Shown: piece after piece, positions 43,045 to 56,974 of the stretch
How the letters are laid out: each line of letters starts with the position of its first letter
Position numbering within the stretch: position 1 is the first letter of the stretch
NCBI GenBank assembly: GCA_951406725.2
Contig: OX597824.1
Location: 26,350,001-26,414,000 of the forward strand
Length of the DNA stretch: 64,000 bases
Direction of reading: 5' to 3'
DNA from: Octopus vulgaris
Taxonomy: Eukaryota
Translations under genes and position numbers: made by a program
Notes under the pieces: generated by a model
What the model saw: only the letters and a program-made list of their open reading frames with translations
What the model was told of the DNA's origin: nothing
Database searches by the model: none

Positions 43045-43362
43045 AGCGCGTGGCTTAGTGGTTAGTGTATTCGGCTTACGTTCGCGAGCTTATGAGTTTG
43101 AGTCCCGGTGGTGCATTTTCTCCTTGAGCAAGACACTTTATTTCATTTTGTTTCTGCCTACTTAGCTGGCAAAAATGAATCGTATATATTATTTAAAGGG
43201 CCAGCCTTGTCGCTTTCTGTGTCACGCTGAATCTCGTCCCGAGAACTACGTGAAGAGTACATGTGTCTGCGGAGTACTCAGCCACTTGCAGATAATTTCC
43301 CTTGCAGGCTATTCCGTTGATCGGATCAACTGGAACGTTCGTTTTCGTAACCGACGGAGTGC
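43045..43362 (+). mobile_element. Diverged SINE related to family C
   Basis: TGGCTTAGTGG A-box; 3' half matches family C (AAAGGGCCAGCCTTGTC...CGTAACCGACGGAGTGC). Confidence 0.7.
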
Positions 43363-43475
43363 TGGTTGTTTTTTTATATGGCTTAATTTTATTCTCTCCT
43401 CTACTGAGTCATCTCACTCATCGCTTTGCATAAAAATGTATTTTCGGTTAGTACTATGAAACATTATGCAATATT

Positions 43476-43880
43476 AGGCGCAGGAGTGGCTGTGTGGTAA
43501 GTAGCTTGTCTACCAATCACATGGTTCCGGGTTCAGTCCCACTGCGTGGCACCTTGGGCAAGTGTCTTCTACTATAGCCTCGGGCCGATCAAAGCCTTGT
43601 GAGTGGATTTGGTAGACGGAAACTAAAAGAAGCCCGTCGTATATATGTATATATATGCGTGTGTGTGTTTGTGTGTCTGTGTTTGTTCCCTAGCATTGCT
43701 TGACAACCGATACTGGTGTGTTTATGTTACCGTTACTTAGCGGTTCGGCAAAAGAGTCCGATAGAATAAGTACTGGGCTTACAAAAGAATAAGTCCCGGG
43801 GTCGAGTTGCTCGATTAAAGGCAGTGCTCCAGCATGGCCGCAGTCAAATGACTGAAACAAGTAAGAGTAAAAAGAGTAAA
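43476..43880 (+). mobile_element. SINE family A, full-length reference copy
   Basis: A-box TGGCTGTGTGG, B-box GGTTCAGTCCC, CCTTGGGCAAGT, internal TA/TG tract, GAGTAAAA tail. Confidence 0.9.
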
Positions 43881-44216
43881 AGAGTATTATTATTAAAAGA
43901 GGAAAAGACTGACATACGGAGAAATGGAAGAGGTACGCTGAGATCGTAACCAAAAAAATATAATAAAAAAAAAACGAAAAAGACCTTGCAAGTCAAACTA
44001 TAATCCAATATTATATGAATGAGAATTAAAGGTAAAACTATCCTGTTCAATTCAGTACCACCATAACCACCATACTAGGCTTCTGACCCGAAACCCCATC
44101 GCCTAAAAGAAAGCAACAAAAAAACTGAGATAAATATTCATAAAGAAGAGATAATAGAGAGGCACATAATAGTGATCATTGCAGACGATTTCTTGACTGG
44201 CTTTATTTACTATATA

Positions 44217-44257
44217 AAGCCGACGTTTCGTATTTTTATCCCTACGTATCAATGCTT
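44217..44257 (-). ncRNA. Degenerate minimal hammerhead-like motif (U3:A8 type)
   Basis: AAGCA-TTGATAC-GTA gggataaaaa TAC-GAAAC-GTC^GGCTT; A9 replaced by C, first stem I pair mismatched. Confidence 0.4.
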
Positions 44258-45702
44258 GAGAAATCCTATCTTATCTCCTGGCTGCAGCTCCGGTCTCATG
44301 AAAAGGGTGTTATTGAAAATTCTCCGATGGAATCTCCGGTTCCCAACCGTTTAGTTTTATGATGGAGCTGTCTTGAAATGAATGACTGGGTGATTTATAG
44401 AGAAATTACCGCGTCAGCGTTTTGAGATTTAGATTAAGCATATGACTGCTTCGTGCATTTTCTTTTCAATGTGGATGGTTTGGTCCGTACACAAATATAG
44501 AAAGTATAATCGCAGATGGCTAACAGATGTATGTATGTATGTATGTATGTATGTATGTATGTATGTATGTATGTATGTATGTATGTATGTATGTATGTAT
44601 GTATGTATGTGTATGTGTGTATGTATGTATGTATGTGTGTGTGTATGTATGCATATATATATGTATATATAGATACATACACATATATGTATGCATATAT
44701 ACATGTGTGTGTATATATATATATACACATATGCCTCTCTTTCTCTGTCTCTCACTGTATATATATATATATATATATGTATGTATACATGTATGTATAC
44801 ATAGATACACACATATCTGTCATTATGTAGGTGTTAATAAGACCATATGTAATTTTACACACACACACACGCAAGCACACACTCACACACGCACACACAC
44901 ACATGCAAACACACGCACATGCATACACACGCATGTATACTATGCATAGAACTTAGTTTGGAATGAAAATGAAAATCAATTTGCATTACGATTTCGAATA
45001 AGCAGTCTATAGAAAATTGGAAATACACATCATCTACAAAAGTGAACTACCATCAAGAACCGAGATAGACTAAAACAATACCGTTATTTATTCGGCATAA
45101 GTGGTGTACGCGCGTATTAGATGCACCTCACTTTTAACAGCGCATATTCAGGAAAACAGTGGTTAGTACTTTAAAGCATTTAATATGTAAAGCAATATAA
45201 TAAGGCTGCGAGTTAGCAGAATCGTTAGTGAGCCGGGCAAGATACTTAGCGGTATTTCGTCCGTCTTTACGTTCTGAGTTCAAATTCCGCCGAGGTCGAT
45301 AAAATAAGTACCATATGAGCACTGGGGTCGATGTAATCAACTTACATCTTCCCCCGAAATTACTGGCATTGAAACCAGTATTCAGTGCAATCTGAGGCAG
45401 TGAACTGTCGAAATCGTTACTGCACAGGGCAAAAAGCATAGCGGCATTTCGTTTGAGTTCAAATTCCGCCGTGCTCGACTTTGTCTTGTATCCTTTCGGG
45501 GTCGATAAAATACGTATCAGTTGTAATCAATTCACCACCTCTCCCATCAAAATTTCTGGCCTCGTGCCAAAAATTCGAAACCTATATTTAAAGCAATCTC
45601 ACAATACATTACAAAATATTACCTTAGCTATAGCAGAAAACGTTACTCGAAAATATTACCTTAGCTATAGCAGAAAACGTTACTCAAAAATTTTACCTTA
45701 GC

Positions 45703-46568
45703 TATGCGGTTTTTTTATACTTTTATCTTTCAAAATTAACATAAACAAAGTTCTTTTTTTTTATCTGAAATATACTCTCCTTCATTTTCAACAATGCTCT
45801 TCCATCTATCTGGTTGACATGCAAGGATCCTCTTCCAAACTTCACTTGTCCATGACGAAAAATACACCTCCAGTACTGTTCTGACCTCGTCTACAGAATT
45901 CATACTTTTTTCGTCCAAATGATTTTGAAGACAGCAAAATAAATGATAATTAGACAAGGCAATGTCCTGCAAATATGATGGGTGAGGCATTGTTTCCCAT
46001 TCAAACTGCTCCAGCAAAGACAAGCACACATTCAGTCTCTGCGCGCAATTAGACTCGCAAGGTTTGTGAGGAACCCATTGACCCAATTTGCTGACTTTTC
46101 CGATGGCATGCAGGTGCAGACGAATGGTTGAATGATCAAATCCGAGCATTTTTGCTAGTTCATCAACAGTTACGATGAGATTTTGTTTCACCAAAGTTTG
46201 TAGGACGTCCTCGTCGAGCTCTACAGATCTTTCAGGGCGAGGCTCGTCTTCTAGGCTGTAGTTTCCAGCTCGGAATTTCTGGAACCATCGTTGACATTGG
46301 CTTATGCTTGTTGTCCGATTCCCACATACTGCATTAATATCCCTCACACTTTCCGTTGCCGAATATGTTCCTTTGTCACTTTTACAGCTTTGAAATAATA
46401 ACTGTTAAAATCAAACTGCACTCTTCAAAACTTGGACTAAGAATAAGTACAAAGTAAAAATTACTACCTGCTTTTATAGGAAGTTGATGCAGGTAGTTCA
46501 TCACTTCCCTCTCCGACTTTTAGTTCAAGCAGCTGAAAAAACTGCATTACTTATGGGATGACCCAATA
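45703..46568 (-). pseudogene. mariner element with internal deletion of the catalytic core
   Basis: QRWFQKFRAGNYSLEDEPR, WVPHK, HPSYLQDIALSNYHLF (YSPDL-like); TIR TTGGGTCATCCCATAAGTAATGC + TA at right end, only a TIR remnant at left. Confidence 0.9.
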
Positions 46569-46717
46569 TATATATATATATATATATATACCAATTAAGG
46601 ACTGAACACGAAAAAGTGGACAGTCAACATGCTAGATATAGACGTCAAATCGCCATTCTCCACAAAAAGTCTATGTTCTCAGATCTATGTTCTCGTATAT
46701 ATATATATATATATATA

Positions 46718-46933
46718 TACGAGATGGGCGCTGAAAAGTTCCTGGTTTTGGGTAAAAGAAAATACAGGAGGATCTGTTAGTTATGATTTTGTTGAATATA
46801 TTCCCCTCTTAGATTCACACCTTTATTGCAGCGGTGCTTTAGTTGTTTAAAAAACAGAAATTGCAAAGTTGGGCCTCCAGCCTGTCTTTTCGTGACACCC
46901 TTAAAGCGAGGAAGTTTTCGGCACCTCCTCCTA
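46718..46933. mobile_element. mariner-type MITE in (TA)n
   Basis: Imperfect ~30-bp TIRs TACGAGATGGGCGCTGAAAAGTTCCTGG / rc TAGGAGGAGGTGCCGAAAACTTCCTCG. Confidence 0.7.
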
Positions 46934-46945
46934 TATATATATATA

Positions 46946-47316
46946 CTAGCAGTATCGCCCGGCGTTGCTCGGGTTTGTAAGGGAAATAACTATAAAGCAT
47001 TTTTAGAGAGTTATAGCCAAAAAATGGAAAAAAAAATGATGGTAAATTTTTTTTTAGTTAAAAAGGTCGAGTTGCGTCCCCTAGACAGTCTGTGGTTTGT
47101 GTTTCTGATTCTCGACCCCATGTCGAATTTATCGATTTTTTTTCAGAACTGGGGGAACTTTTCAAAATTTCCGCTGCGTTAGTTTTGAATTATGACATTG
47201 GGTTATGTGTGTGTCAAGTTTCATCAGAATCGGTTGAAAGCCGTGGTCAGGGTGAGGGTACAACCTAACAGACACACAGAAACACACACAGACAAACTGC
47301 CGTTTATATATATAGA
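46946..47316 (-). mobile_element. Non-autonomous Helitron
   Basis: Minus strand starts A|TCTATATA, has a GTCT/GT-rich tract and subterminal hairpin CCCGAGCAACGCCGGG, and ends CTAG|T. Confidence 0.75.
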
Positions 47317-47535
47317 TATATATATATATATACGTCGGAACGTTCACTAACCATTACTCTGAGTTTCGGTATTCGGTCGAAAACCTTAAGCTCAGAGTAA
47401 TGTTACTCAATTTTTCTGTTTACAATAAATAAGATAAATCTATACGATACATAATGTATTCCGTTTATTTTACTTTTTCTTGTTTGCGGAATCCTTTGTG
47501 TCACGTTATAAACACACAGACACATATAAACGCAT

Positions 47536-47608
<73 letters not shown>

Positions 47609-49004
47609 CACACACACACACACAGAGTCAAATGCACACACATATGCATACGCACATTGTGTTCGTAAAAGTAAAATAAATAGTACTTTTGTACTCATAC
47701 TTTTTTAAAAAGAAATATTGTATACATATCTTTCCTTTAAGCTGTTGAATACTCTATCCAGCTTGAGGTTATTCTTTGTCCTAAGCAATAAACTAATCCC
47801 TACACACACAAACACACACACACACACAGACACACGCGCGCTCTCTATCTCTCTTTCTCTCTATCTCTCTTTCTCTCACACACACCACATAAACCTATGA
47901 ATGTATCTATGTATATATTATAAGAATGAATATATATTTGTGTGCTTGCCAGATCTTAGTAGGGTTTCGTAATATAGAGAAATTATTATCATTACGACGT
48001 TATACAACAGAAATCGGAAAACTGAAATTTCAAAACACAAACAAAAAAACCCAAATATATTCATACACACACTCACACACAAAAAGCAAAAAAAAAAAAA
48101 AAAATGCAAAATCATATTTAAATATTTTATTTGTTTTTACAAACTCCAATGTGCTGGATTGATGGCTGTGGAGGCTCTTGTATGCTTCAGGGTATGTTTT
48201 CTTCGTCTTTAGAAATGTTTGTACATTCAGTCATCTGAAGCAAACGTTTGTAAGACGAATCTGTTAAGTTTCTTTTTTTTTTTTTTGTATCACCTTCCGG
48301 AATTGTAAATAAATAATTATAAAGTAAGGAAAGAAAATAACAACAAAACTTGTGATAAAAATCAAACCTTAGAGCTACAGGTTACAAACAAACAAATGTT
48401 TCGAGAGGCAATGTAACTTTGTCACATTTTAGTTTTAGTTTTTACAACTTACAAGTTTTGCTGGTTAAAAATGTGAAAACTTTTCAATAATAAGGAAGTG
48501 ATTATAAAAAGGAAAAGGAAAAGAGGAATCAGTCGCCAAAGAAGTATAGACTCAGGAGTAGTTTTTTTTAGGACATTAATTCTTTCCCAAACATTTGGCT
48601 TCAGGATCGAATCCTGATCGTCAAAGCACTTTTCACCTTAAGAAAAGAGTTATCAAGGCATTTACAGTGCAGAGTTTTATTGTTTCTTTTTGTTCTAATT
48701 AATATTATTCTTCATAAATACCTTTCAATATATGAAAAAGTACTAAATGTTGTGTAATTATCCTTACAATACAGAATAGATTGAACCAACAAAATGATGT
48801 AGAGAAAAGTTACAAATATAACGAGCAAATATGAAATTAGGAATAAATAAATAACTATCGATGTTACGTCAAAACGAATGTGATTTTTGAATTTAGTGGC
48901 AAAAAAATGCATATATGAACTTAAAAAATACAAATAAACAATACATGCGTTACATTCTGTTATCATTAGGCTTTTTAAACACATTCACCCCATGGAAATA
49001 TCTC

Positions 49005-49617
49005 TTTTCTACTCGAGGCACATGGCTCGAAATTTTGGGGAAGGGGGCCAGTCAACTAGATCGACCCTAGTACACAACTGGTACTTAATTTATCGACCTC
49101 GAAAGGACGAAAGGCAAAGCTGACCTCAGTGGAATATGAACTCAGAACGTAAAGACAGACGAAATACCGCTAAGCATTTCGTCCGGCGTGCTGACGTTTC
49201 TTATTTCTTCATTGCCCACAAGGGGCTAAATACAGAGGGGACAAACAAGGACAGACAAAGGGATTAAATCGATCACATCTACCTCAGTGCGAAACTGGTA
49301 CTTAATTTATTGACACTGAAATGATGAAAGGCAAAGTTGACCTCGGTGGAATTTGAACTCAGAACGTAACGACAGACGAAATATCTATTTCTTTACTACC
49401 CACAAGGGGCTAAACACTGAGGAGACAAACAAGGACAGACAAACGGATTAAGTCGATTATATCGACTCCAGTGCGAAACTGGTACTTTATTTATCGACGC
49501 CGAAAGTATGAAAGGCAAAGTTGACCTCGGTGGAATTTGAACTCAGAACGTAACGGCAGACGAAATACGGCTACGCATTTCGCCCGGCGTGCTAACGTTT
49601 CTGCCAACTCACCGCCT
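49005..49617 (-). mobile_element. SINE family B with tandem body units
   Basis: Three repeats of the B-box/GTCGAC unit; head at 49617. Confidence 0.82.
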
Positions 49618-49976
49618 TACCTTTTGGAAATATCCCATCACGGCCATGATACAGTAGCCAATATACTCTCTGCGTTTAATAATCCTAGACATAAATACTG
49701 AATTATTGTGCATTTTTGATCATAAATTATAATAAATTATAATAAACTAATGTATAACGGTAGAAGTATCAATTTTCCTGATAGGATATGCGATGATGGA
49801 ACTTCACCCCCCCGCCCCGCACGCACGCACACATACATACACGCACGCACACACACATGCACGCACGCACACACATACACAGGCGCACACACACGCACAC
49901 AGGTATATAAGAATCTATCTATCTATCTATCCATCTATCCATCCATCCATCCATCCATCCATCCATCCATCCATCC

Positions 49977-50030
<54 letters not shown>

Positions 50031-50194
50031 TTATCTGTCTGTCTGTCTGTCTATTTGTCTATCTGTCTATCTATCTATATGCATACATATACACTCATAC
50101 ACAAATACACAAACACACATACTCATACACATCTAAGTTTATATATGCATCTACACATATGTGTGCGTGGGTGTGTTTGTTTTGTGCTTTTGTG

Positions 50195-50225
<31 letters not shown>

Positions 50226-50391
50226 TTATGCACGCATAAATATACATACATACATACACACTTGCTTTTATGTGTTGTAGGAGCGATAGGAAAGGGTCAC
50301 CTTTGGATGAAGTAGAGTTTGTATGTATTGGAAAGAATATAATGAAATACTCTATTGTCACTCGGAGTTACACACACAAACACACACACAC

Positions 50392-50455
<64 letters not shown>

Positions 50456-50467
50456 CAAACACATACA

Positions 50468-50510
<43 letters not shown>

Positions 50511-50689
50511 GGTAGACGTGTGTTATCAGTTAAACAATATTATTTTGAATTACGGCCGGCGGTGCCGAGCTGGCGAATATGACTGTCTGGCTCTAAGATC
50601 GACTGGAATGGATAAGTCGGGGGTGAAAACTATTGAGGCTGTATTTTTTGAAATGTAGTGGTGGGTCCGATAGATACATAAATAGAGAA

Positions 50690-50968
50690 AGAGCGCGGGA
50701 GAGAGAGAGAGAGGGGGAGACAGGGAAGTGTGGGAGACAGGGAGAGAATGAGAGAGAAAATGGAGGTAAAAAGACATATAAACATACATTATGAAAGAAG
50801 AGTGAGAGAAGGCGAAAGAGTAAGAAGAAGAAAGAAAGAGAGAGAGAGAGAGAGAGGGGGGAGATGGGGGAAAGTGTGGGAGAGAGGGAGAGAGAGAAAA
50901 TGGTGGTAAAGAGACATAAACATACATTATGAAAGAAGAGTGAGAGAAGGCGAAAGAGTAAGAAGAAG

Positions 50969-51006
<38 letters not shown>

Positions 51007-51961
51007 TGGAGAGCAGATGTGAAGTGAGAAAAATGAGAAAAAGATACTTAAGCAAACATTAAAGGAGAGGAAGAGAGAGAGTAATTGAGAAAACTAAGAG
51101 AGAAAGAGGGATAAAGGAGAAAAGAGAGACGTAAGAGAGACGTAAGAGAGAGAGAGAGGGTTGCAATGAGACAGAAGAGAGTGGAAGGTAAAGAGGCGAA
51201 GGGAGAGGGGGAGAAGAGAGACGGAAGAGAGAGAGGGAAAAAGAGAGATAGAAGAGAAAGAGACAGACAGGGGAAAAGAGAGAGGGAAAGGGAGAGGGAA
51301 AGAGAGAAAGAGAGTTAGAAAAGCAATTGAAAGAGAGGGAAAGAAAGTGAGAAAGAAAGGGGGAAGGCGGGGAAGAGAGAGAGAGAAAAGGTGCAGGTGA
51401 GAAAAAGAAAAAAACAAAAGAAAAGAGAGAGAGAGAGAGAGAGTGAATAGATCAGGAGGGAAAGAGAGGAAAGGGAGAAGAAAGAGAGAGAAGCAGTGGA
51501 GAGAGGAGCGGAGAGTAATGAGAAAAATGGACAAAAGACATGCGTGAAGAGAGGGAGAAGAGAGTGTGTGTAAGGGAGACAGAGCGAGAAGAGCAGGGGA
51601 GGGAAACAGAGAGGGAGACAGAGAGTGATGAAAATGTGGAGGGAGAGGGGAGAGAGAGAAAGAAGAAGAGAGAAAGTGAGTGAGAGAGTGGAGAGTGAGA
51701 GGGAGAAAGAGATGGTAGAGACAGATAGATTGATAGAGACAGATTGTGTTAAAGGAGAATGAGAAAAAAGGGACAGAAAGATTGAGAGAGAGAGAATGAT
51801 AGAGGGAGAGAGAGAGAAAGAGAGAGAATGAAAGAAGGGGAGAGAGAATGAAAGAAGAGAGAGAGAATGAAAATGGCAGAGAGAATGAGAGGATAGAGAT
51901 AGAGAAAAAGATAGAGACAAATAAATAGTGTGAGAGATAGATAGATAAATGGATAAAGAGG

Positions 51962-52000
<39 letters not shown>

Positions 52001-52045
52001 TGGGAATTAGAGAACGAAAGAGAGAGAGAGAGAGAAGAAGGAAAG
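50690..52045. repeat. (GA)-rich polypurine tract, with local ~137-bp tandem duplication near 50770-51000
   Basis: Direct. Confidence 0.88.
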
Positions 52046-52434
52046 AGTGGTGGGGGAAGAAAATGCAGTGTTGTATTTTAGTGTCATGTAATATTTTTAT
52101 GGCGGTATCGGCTAGTCAAAATGGCGGAATGAGCTCATCGAAATGGCAGTGTACGTAATAAAAAGCTTTAAGTAAGGCAATAAAGTGGCCATATTGATAA
52201 ATGATGATGAGCTGTTTTAGCAGCAAATAATGAATATGATGGCACTTGGATTTGAGTTATGAGTTAGACGGCTCAGCAGGCACGAGAATGGAATAATTGA
52301 AACATGGAGACACACCGGCTCTTATGCACACACACACACACACAAATACACACACATTGCATAATACGTTTATGTAATGCGCATATATACGCAAAAAATG
52401 GAGGTGTGTTTATATGTATGTATATGTATGTATG

Positions 52435-52472
<38 letters not shown>

Positions 52473-52581
52473 CATACATAATATATACATGTTTCTATGC
52501 ATATTTGTTCATGTGTGTGTGTGTGTGCATATATAACTATACATACATACAAAGACACACATATACATATATATAATGTAA

Positions 52582-52638
<57 letters not shown>

Positions 52639-53041
52639 TTATATATATATGTGCGCATTTGTTTGTATATATATATATATATATATCACACACACGCGCA
52701 CATATATATGCATGCATATATGCATGTATGTATGTTTAGTTTCCGGAAGCTACAGTTAAAACATGAATATTATGTGGGAAGAACAGGTGCGTGAGCAAGC
52801 TAACGAGAGAGAGAGGGAGAGAGAGAGAGAAAGAGAGGGAAAGAGAGAAAGGTTGTAAGAGGTAGAGAAAGAGAAAGAGAGAGAAAGAGAGTAAGGTTGT
52901 AAGAGGTAGAGACATAGGTAACCACACCGCTGAGTACACTGCAAGGTCGACGGACACACGGACACACACATATATAAAATAGAGATATGGATTGAAAGTT
53001 AGGTTGATTGATGGTCATATAGACATGAATATATACACACG

Positions 53042-53075
<34 letters not shown>

Positions 53076-53106
53076 TGTATGTATGTATGTATGTATACAT
53101 CTATCA

Positions 53107-53174
<68 letters not shown>

Positions 53175-53175
53175 G

Positions 53176-53238
<63 letters not shown>

Positions 53239-53253
53239 GTATATGCAGGTATC

Positions 53254-53300
<47 letters not shown>

Positions 53301-53569
53301 GAAGGAAGAAAAGGAGAAAGAAATCTATATAGATATTTAAATAAATTAATAGATGGGTAGATAGGCGGGCAGATGGACGGGTAGATTGATAATGAAGAAT
53401 ATGAAAGAACAGATAAGGGGACGGAAGAGGAAGGGTTATAAGCATGGAGAAAGGACCCCTTTGCAAAAAAGCAAAAAATAGAAAAAAATGGAGAGTAAAC
53501 GGTGAGAAAAAGAATGAGCGTAAAGACGGGATTTACTATTAATAAAAACAGTATGTGTGTATGTGTGTG

Positions 53570-53618
<49 letters not shown>

Positions 53619-54434
53619 AAAGAGATAGAGAGTAGGAAGACGGATAGAGAGAGAGAGAGAGAGGGGGGTGTTGTGTGGAGGGTTGTGAGAGAAAAGTGAA
53701 GAAAAATAGAGGAAAATGCGCCATTATAGGAAAGGAAAAAAAAAATGATTGACGTTGGCGATATGGGATGAGAGGAAAGAGTGTTGGATTTATGAGAAAT
53801 GATGTTGTGGAGAATTGAATAAAATGTAATTGGAATGTTGTGATGAGAAGGAGAGTAAGGCTCGCGTAATGGAGAAGAAGGAGAATGGGAGAGCGATAGT
53901 GAGGAAGAGCGAGCGAGCGAGAGAGAGAGAGAGAGAAAGTGAGAAAGATAGAGAGAGACAGTTGGTGGATGGGATGGAAGAGGAGAAAGTGTATGCGTGT
54001 GTGTATGTGTGTGCATGTGTGTGTATGTGTGTGTAAATATATGCAAGTGTGTGTGCGTACCTATTTTTTCTTTTTTTATAATGGGAATAGCGCAGGAGGA
54101 AGGGAAACGTTAGAAGTAAAAATTAAGAAGGTACGTGCTTGTGTGTGTTTATATGTCTTTATGTATGTGCTTGTGTGCGCTTGTGCTTATCTGTGTATGT
54201 ATGTGTGTTTGCGATTTTGTAATAAGGATGAAAGGGAGGTGGGAGTGACGGGAAGAAAGAAGAAGAGAACAACAAAGAACAGAGAGGAAGAAGACGAAGA
54301 AAAAGAAAAGGAAAAGGCGTGTTTGTGTATGTGCCCGTGTGTCTGTGTGCTTTTGTGCGTGTGTACTTGAGGAACCGCTGTGTGTGTGGTGGTGGGGGGG
54401 GGGGGGGGCGGGGCGACAGAAATATGGAGTTAGA

Positions 54435-55262
54435 AGGCGGCGAGCTGGCAGAAACGTTAGCACGCCGAGCGAAATGCTTAGCAGTATTTCGTCTGCCGCT
54501 ACGTTCTGAGTTCAAATTCCGCCGAGGTCGACTTTGCCTTTCATCCTTTCGGGGTCGATTAAATAAGTACCAGTTACGCACTGGAATCGATATAATCGAC
54601 TTAATCCGTTTATCTGTCCTTGTTTGTCCTCCCTGTGTTTGGCCCCTTGTGGGTATTAAAGAAATAGGTATTTCGACAGCCGTTACGTTCTGAGTTCAAA
54701 TTCCGCCGAGGTCGACTTTGCCTTTCATCCTTTCGGACTCGATAAATTAAGTACCAATTACACACCGGGGTCGATATAATCGACTTAATCCCTACGCTAG
54801 GTCGACCTCGGCGGAATTTGAACTCAGAACGTAGCGGCTGACGAAATACCTATTTCTTTACTAGCCACAAGGGACTAAACACAGAAGGAACAAACAAAGA
54901 CAGACAAAGGGATTAAGTCGATTACATCAACCCCAGTGCGTAACTGGTACTTATTTAATTGACTCTGAAAGGATGAAAGGCAAAAGTCGACCTCAGCGGA
55001 ATTTGAACTCAGAACGTAGCGGCAGACGAAATACCTATTTAATACCCACAAGGGGCTAAACACAGAAGGGACAAACACGGACAGACAAACGGATTAAGTC
55101 GATTATATCGATCCTAGTGCGTAACTGGTACTTAATTTATCGACCCCGAAAGGATAAATGGTAAACTTGACCTCGGCGGAATTTGAACTCAGAACATTGC
55201 GGCAGACGAAATACCTCTAAGTATTTCGCCCGGTGTGCTATCGTTTCTGCCAGCTCGCCGCC
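54435..55262. mobile_element. Tail-to-tail inverted pair of SINE family B (54435-54790 +, 54799-55262 -)
   Basis: Heads GGCGGCGAGCTGGCAGAA at both outer ends. Confidence 0.87.
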
Positions 55263-55294
55263 GTAAGGGAATGAAATATTGAAACGAAGAGACT

Positions 55295-55389
<95 letters not shown>

Positions 55390-55904
55390 TAAGTGAAGAA
55401 AGGAATGTGTGTGTGTGTGTGAATGTGTGTGTGTGTGTTTCTGTATATTTGTGTGCGTCTTAGTGTGTGTGCACTTTATATGAATGTGCGTGCGTGTATG
55501 TGTGTGAATTTGTATATATGAAGGCAGTTGTGTAGGTATATGTTTTTCAAGAAGTCAGTGTATACTTCTAGCTGTGCTGTTGTTATTTCGTTCCAAGTCA
55601 GCCCAGATGGAGTTGAGGTACAACCATAGTTGTTCCAGTCAGGACCACCCAGTCCCATCCTTTTGTAATTAGAAGAGACTGTAACATTCAATGTGTCATC
55701 CAGTTTTGAGACAATAGGGGTTAAATCAATGGGGATTTAGCTTCTATTTCTAGCAGATCGAGCGACCAGGTAGAAACTTCTATTGTTAACTGTACGTGGA
55801 TATATTTTATATGTATATGAATGAATTTGTGTTTGTGTTTCGTTGTGTGTGTTTATGTAAATGTTTATGTGAATGTATGTGACTGTGCTGAGCATTTGAT
55901 GGAC

Positions 55905-56071
55905 GTGAAGAGAGAGACAACGAAATAGAACAAGAGAGGTAGGAGAGAAGAATAGAGAGAGAGAGGGGGAAAAGGAGAAGAAGAAGAGAGAGAGAGAGGG
56001 AGAGAGAGAAAGAGAGAGACAAAGAGAGATAAGGAGTGAAGTATAGAGAAAAACAGAGAAAAAAGTAAGAG

Positions 56072-56105
<34 letters not shown>

Positions 56106-56614
56106 CGAAATAGAGCAAGAGAGACAGAGACAGGAGAGAAGAATAGAGAGAGAGAGAGACTACAAAATAGTTAGAAAGAGAAAGGGAGAAAGAGAGAGAC
56201 AAAAAGAGACAGGGAGAGAAGTATAGAGAGAAGCAGAGATAAAAGTAAGAGCGAGAGAGAGAGAGAGAGGGAGAGAAGAATAGAGAGAGAGAAAAAGAGG
56301 GAGAGGGAGAGAGAGGAGTGAGAGAGAGAGAAAACGAAATGGTAAGAAAGCAAGAGAGAGATAGATTGAAAGAAAACGAAATAAAAAGAAAGAGAAAGAG
56401 ACAGAGAGAGGAGAGAGACAGAGAGACAGAAGGAGGGAGAGAGAGATGGGGAGAGAGAAATATATATATATATAGAGAACAAAATATTAAGAAAGAGCAA
56501 AAGAGATAGATAGATACATAGACAGACAGATAGAGACAGAGAAAGAGGAGAAAGAGAGATAGATAGAGATAAAGAGACAGAGTGAGAGACAACAACATAA
56601 TAAGAAAGAATAAG

Positions 56615-56656
<42 letters not shown>

Positions 56657-56785
56657 AGAGAGAGATGGATAAAGACAGAAAGATAGAGAAATAGAGAGAG
56701 AGAGCAAGATAAAGAGCGAGCGAGAGAGAAATATATATCTGTAGAGAGAGAAAGAGAGAGAGAGAGAGAAAGCGAGAGAGAGAAA
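55905..56785. repeat. (GA)-rich polypurine tract
   Basis: Direct. Confidence 0.88.
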
Positions 56786-56974
56786 TTGCATTTGGGTGTG
56801 TGTGTGTCAGTGTGTATGTCTCTCTCTGTGTATATGTGTGAAGAACATGGATGTGTTTATGTTTGTCTGAGTGTATTTGTGTTGTGCATGTGTCTGTTGT
56901 ATGCATGCGCACCTGTGCGCATTTGCATGTCCCGCGCATCCATGTAACTTACCTTCATATTCAATCAATGTTAT

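Noticed and set aside
50554-50600. HDV-like ribozyme (GGCCGGC...GGCGAAT)
   Set aside because: No P2/P3/L3 nested pseudoknot can be built; superficial similarity only
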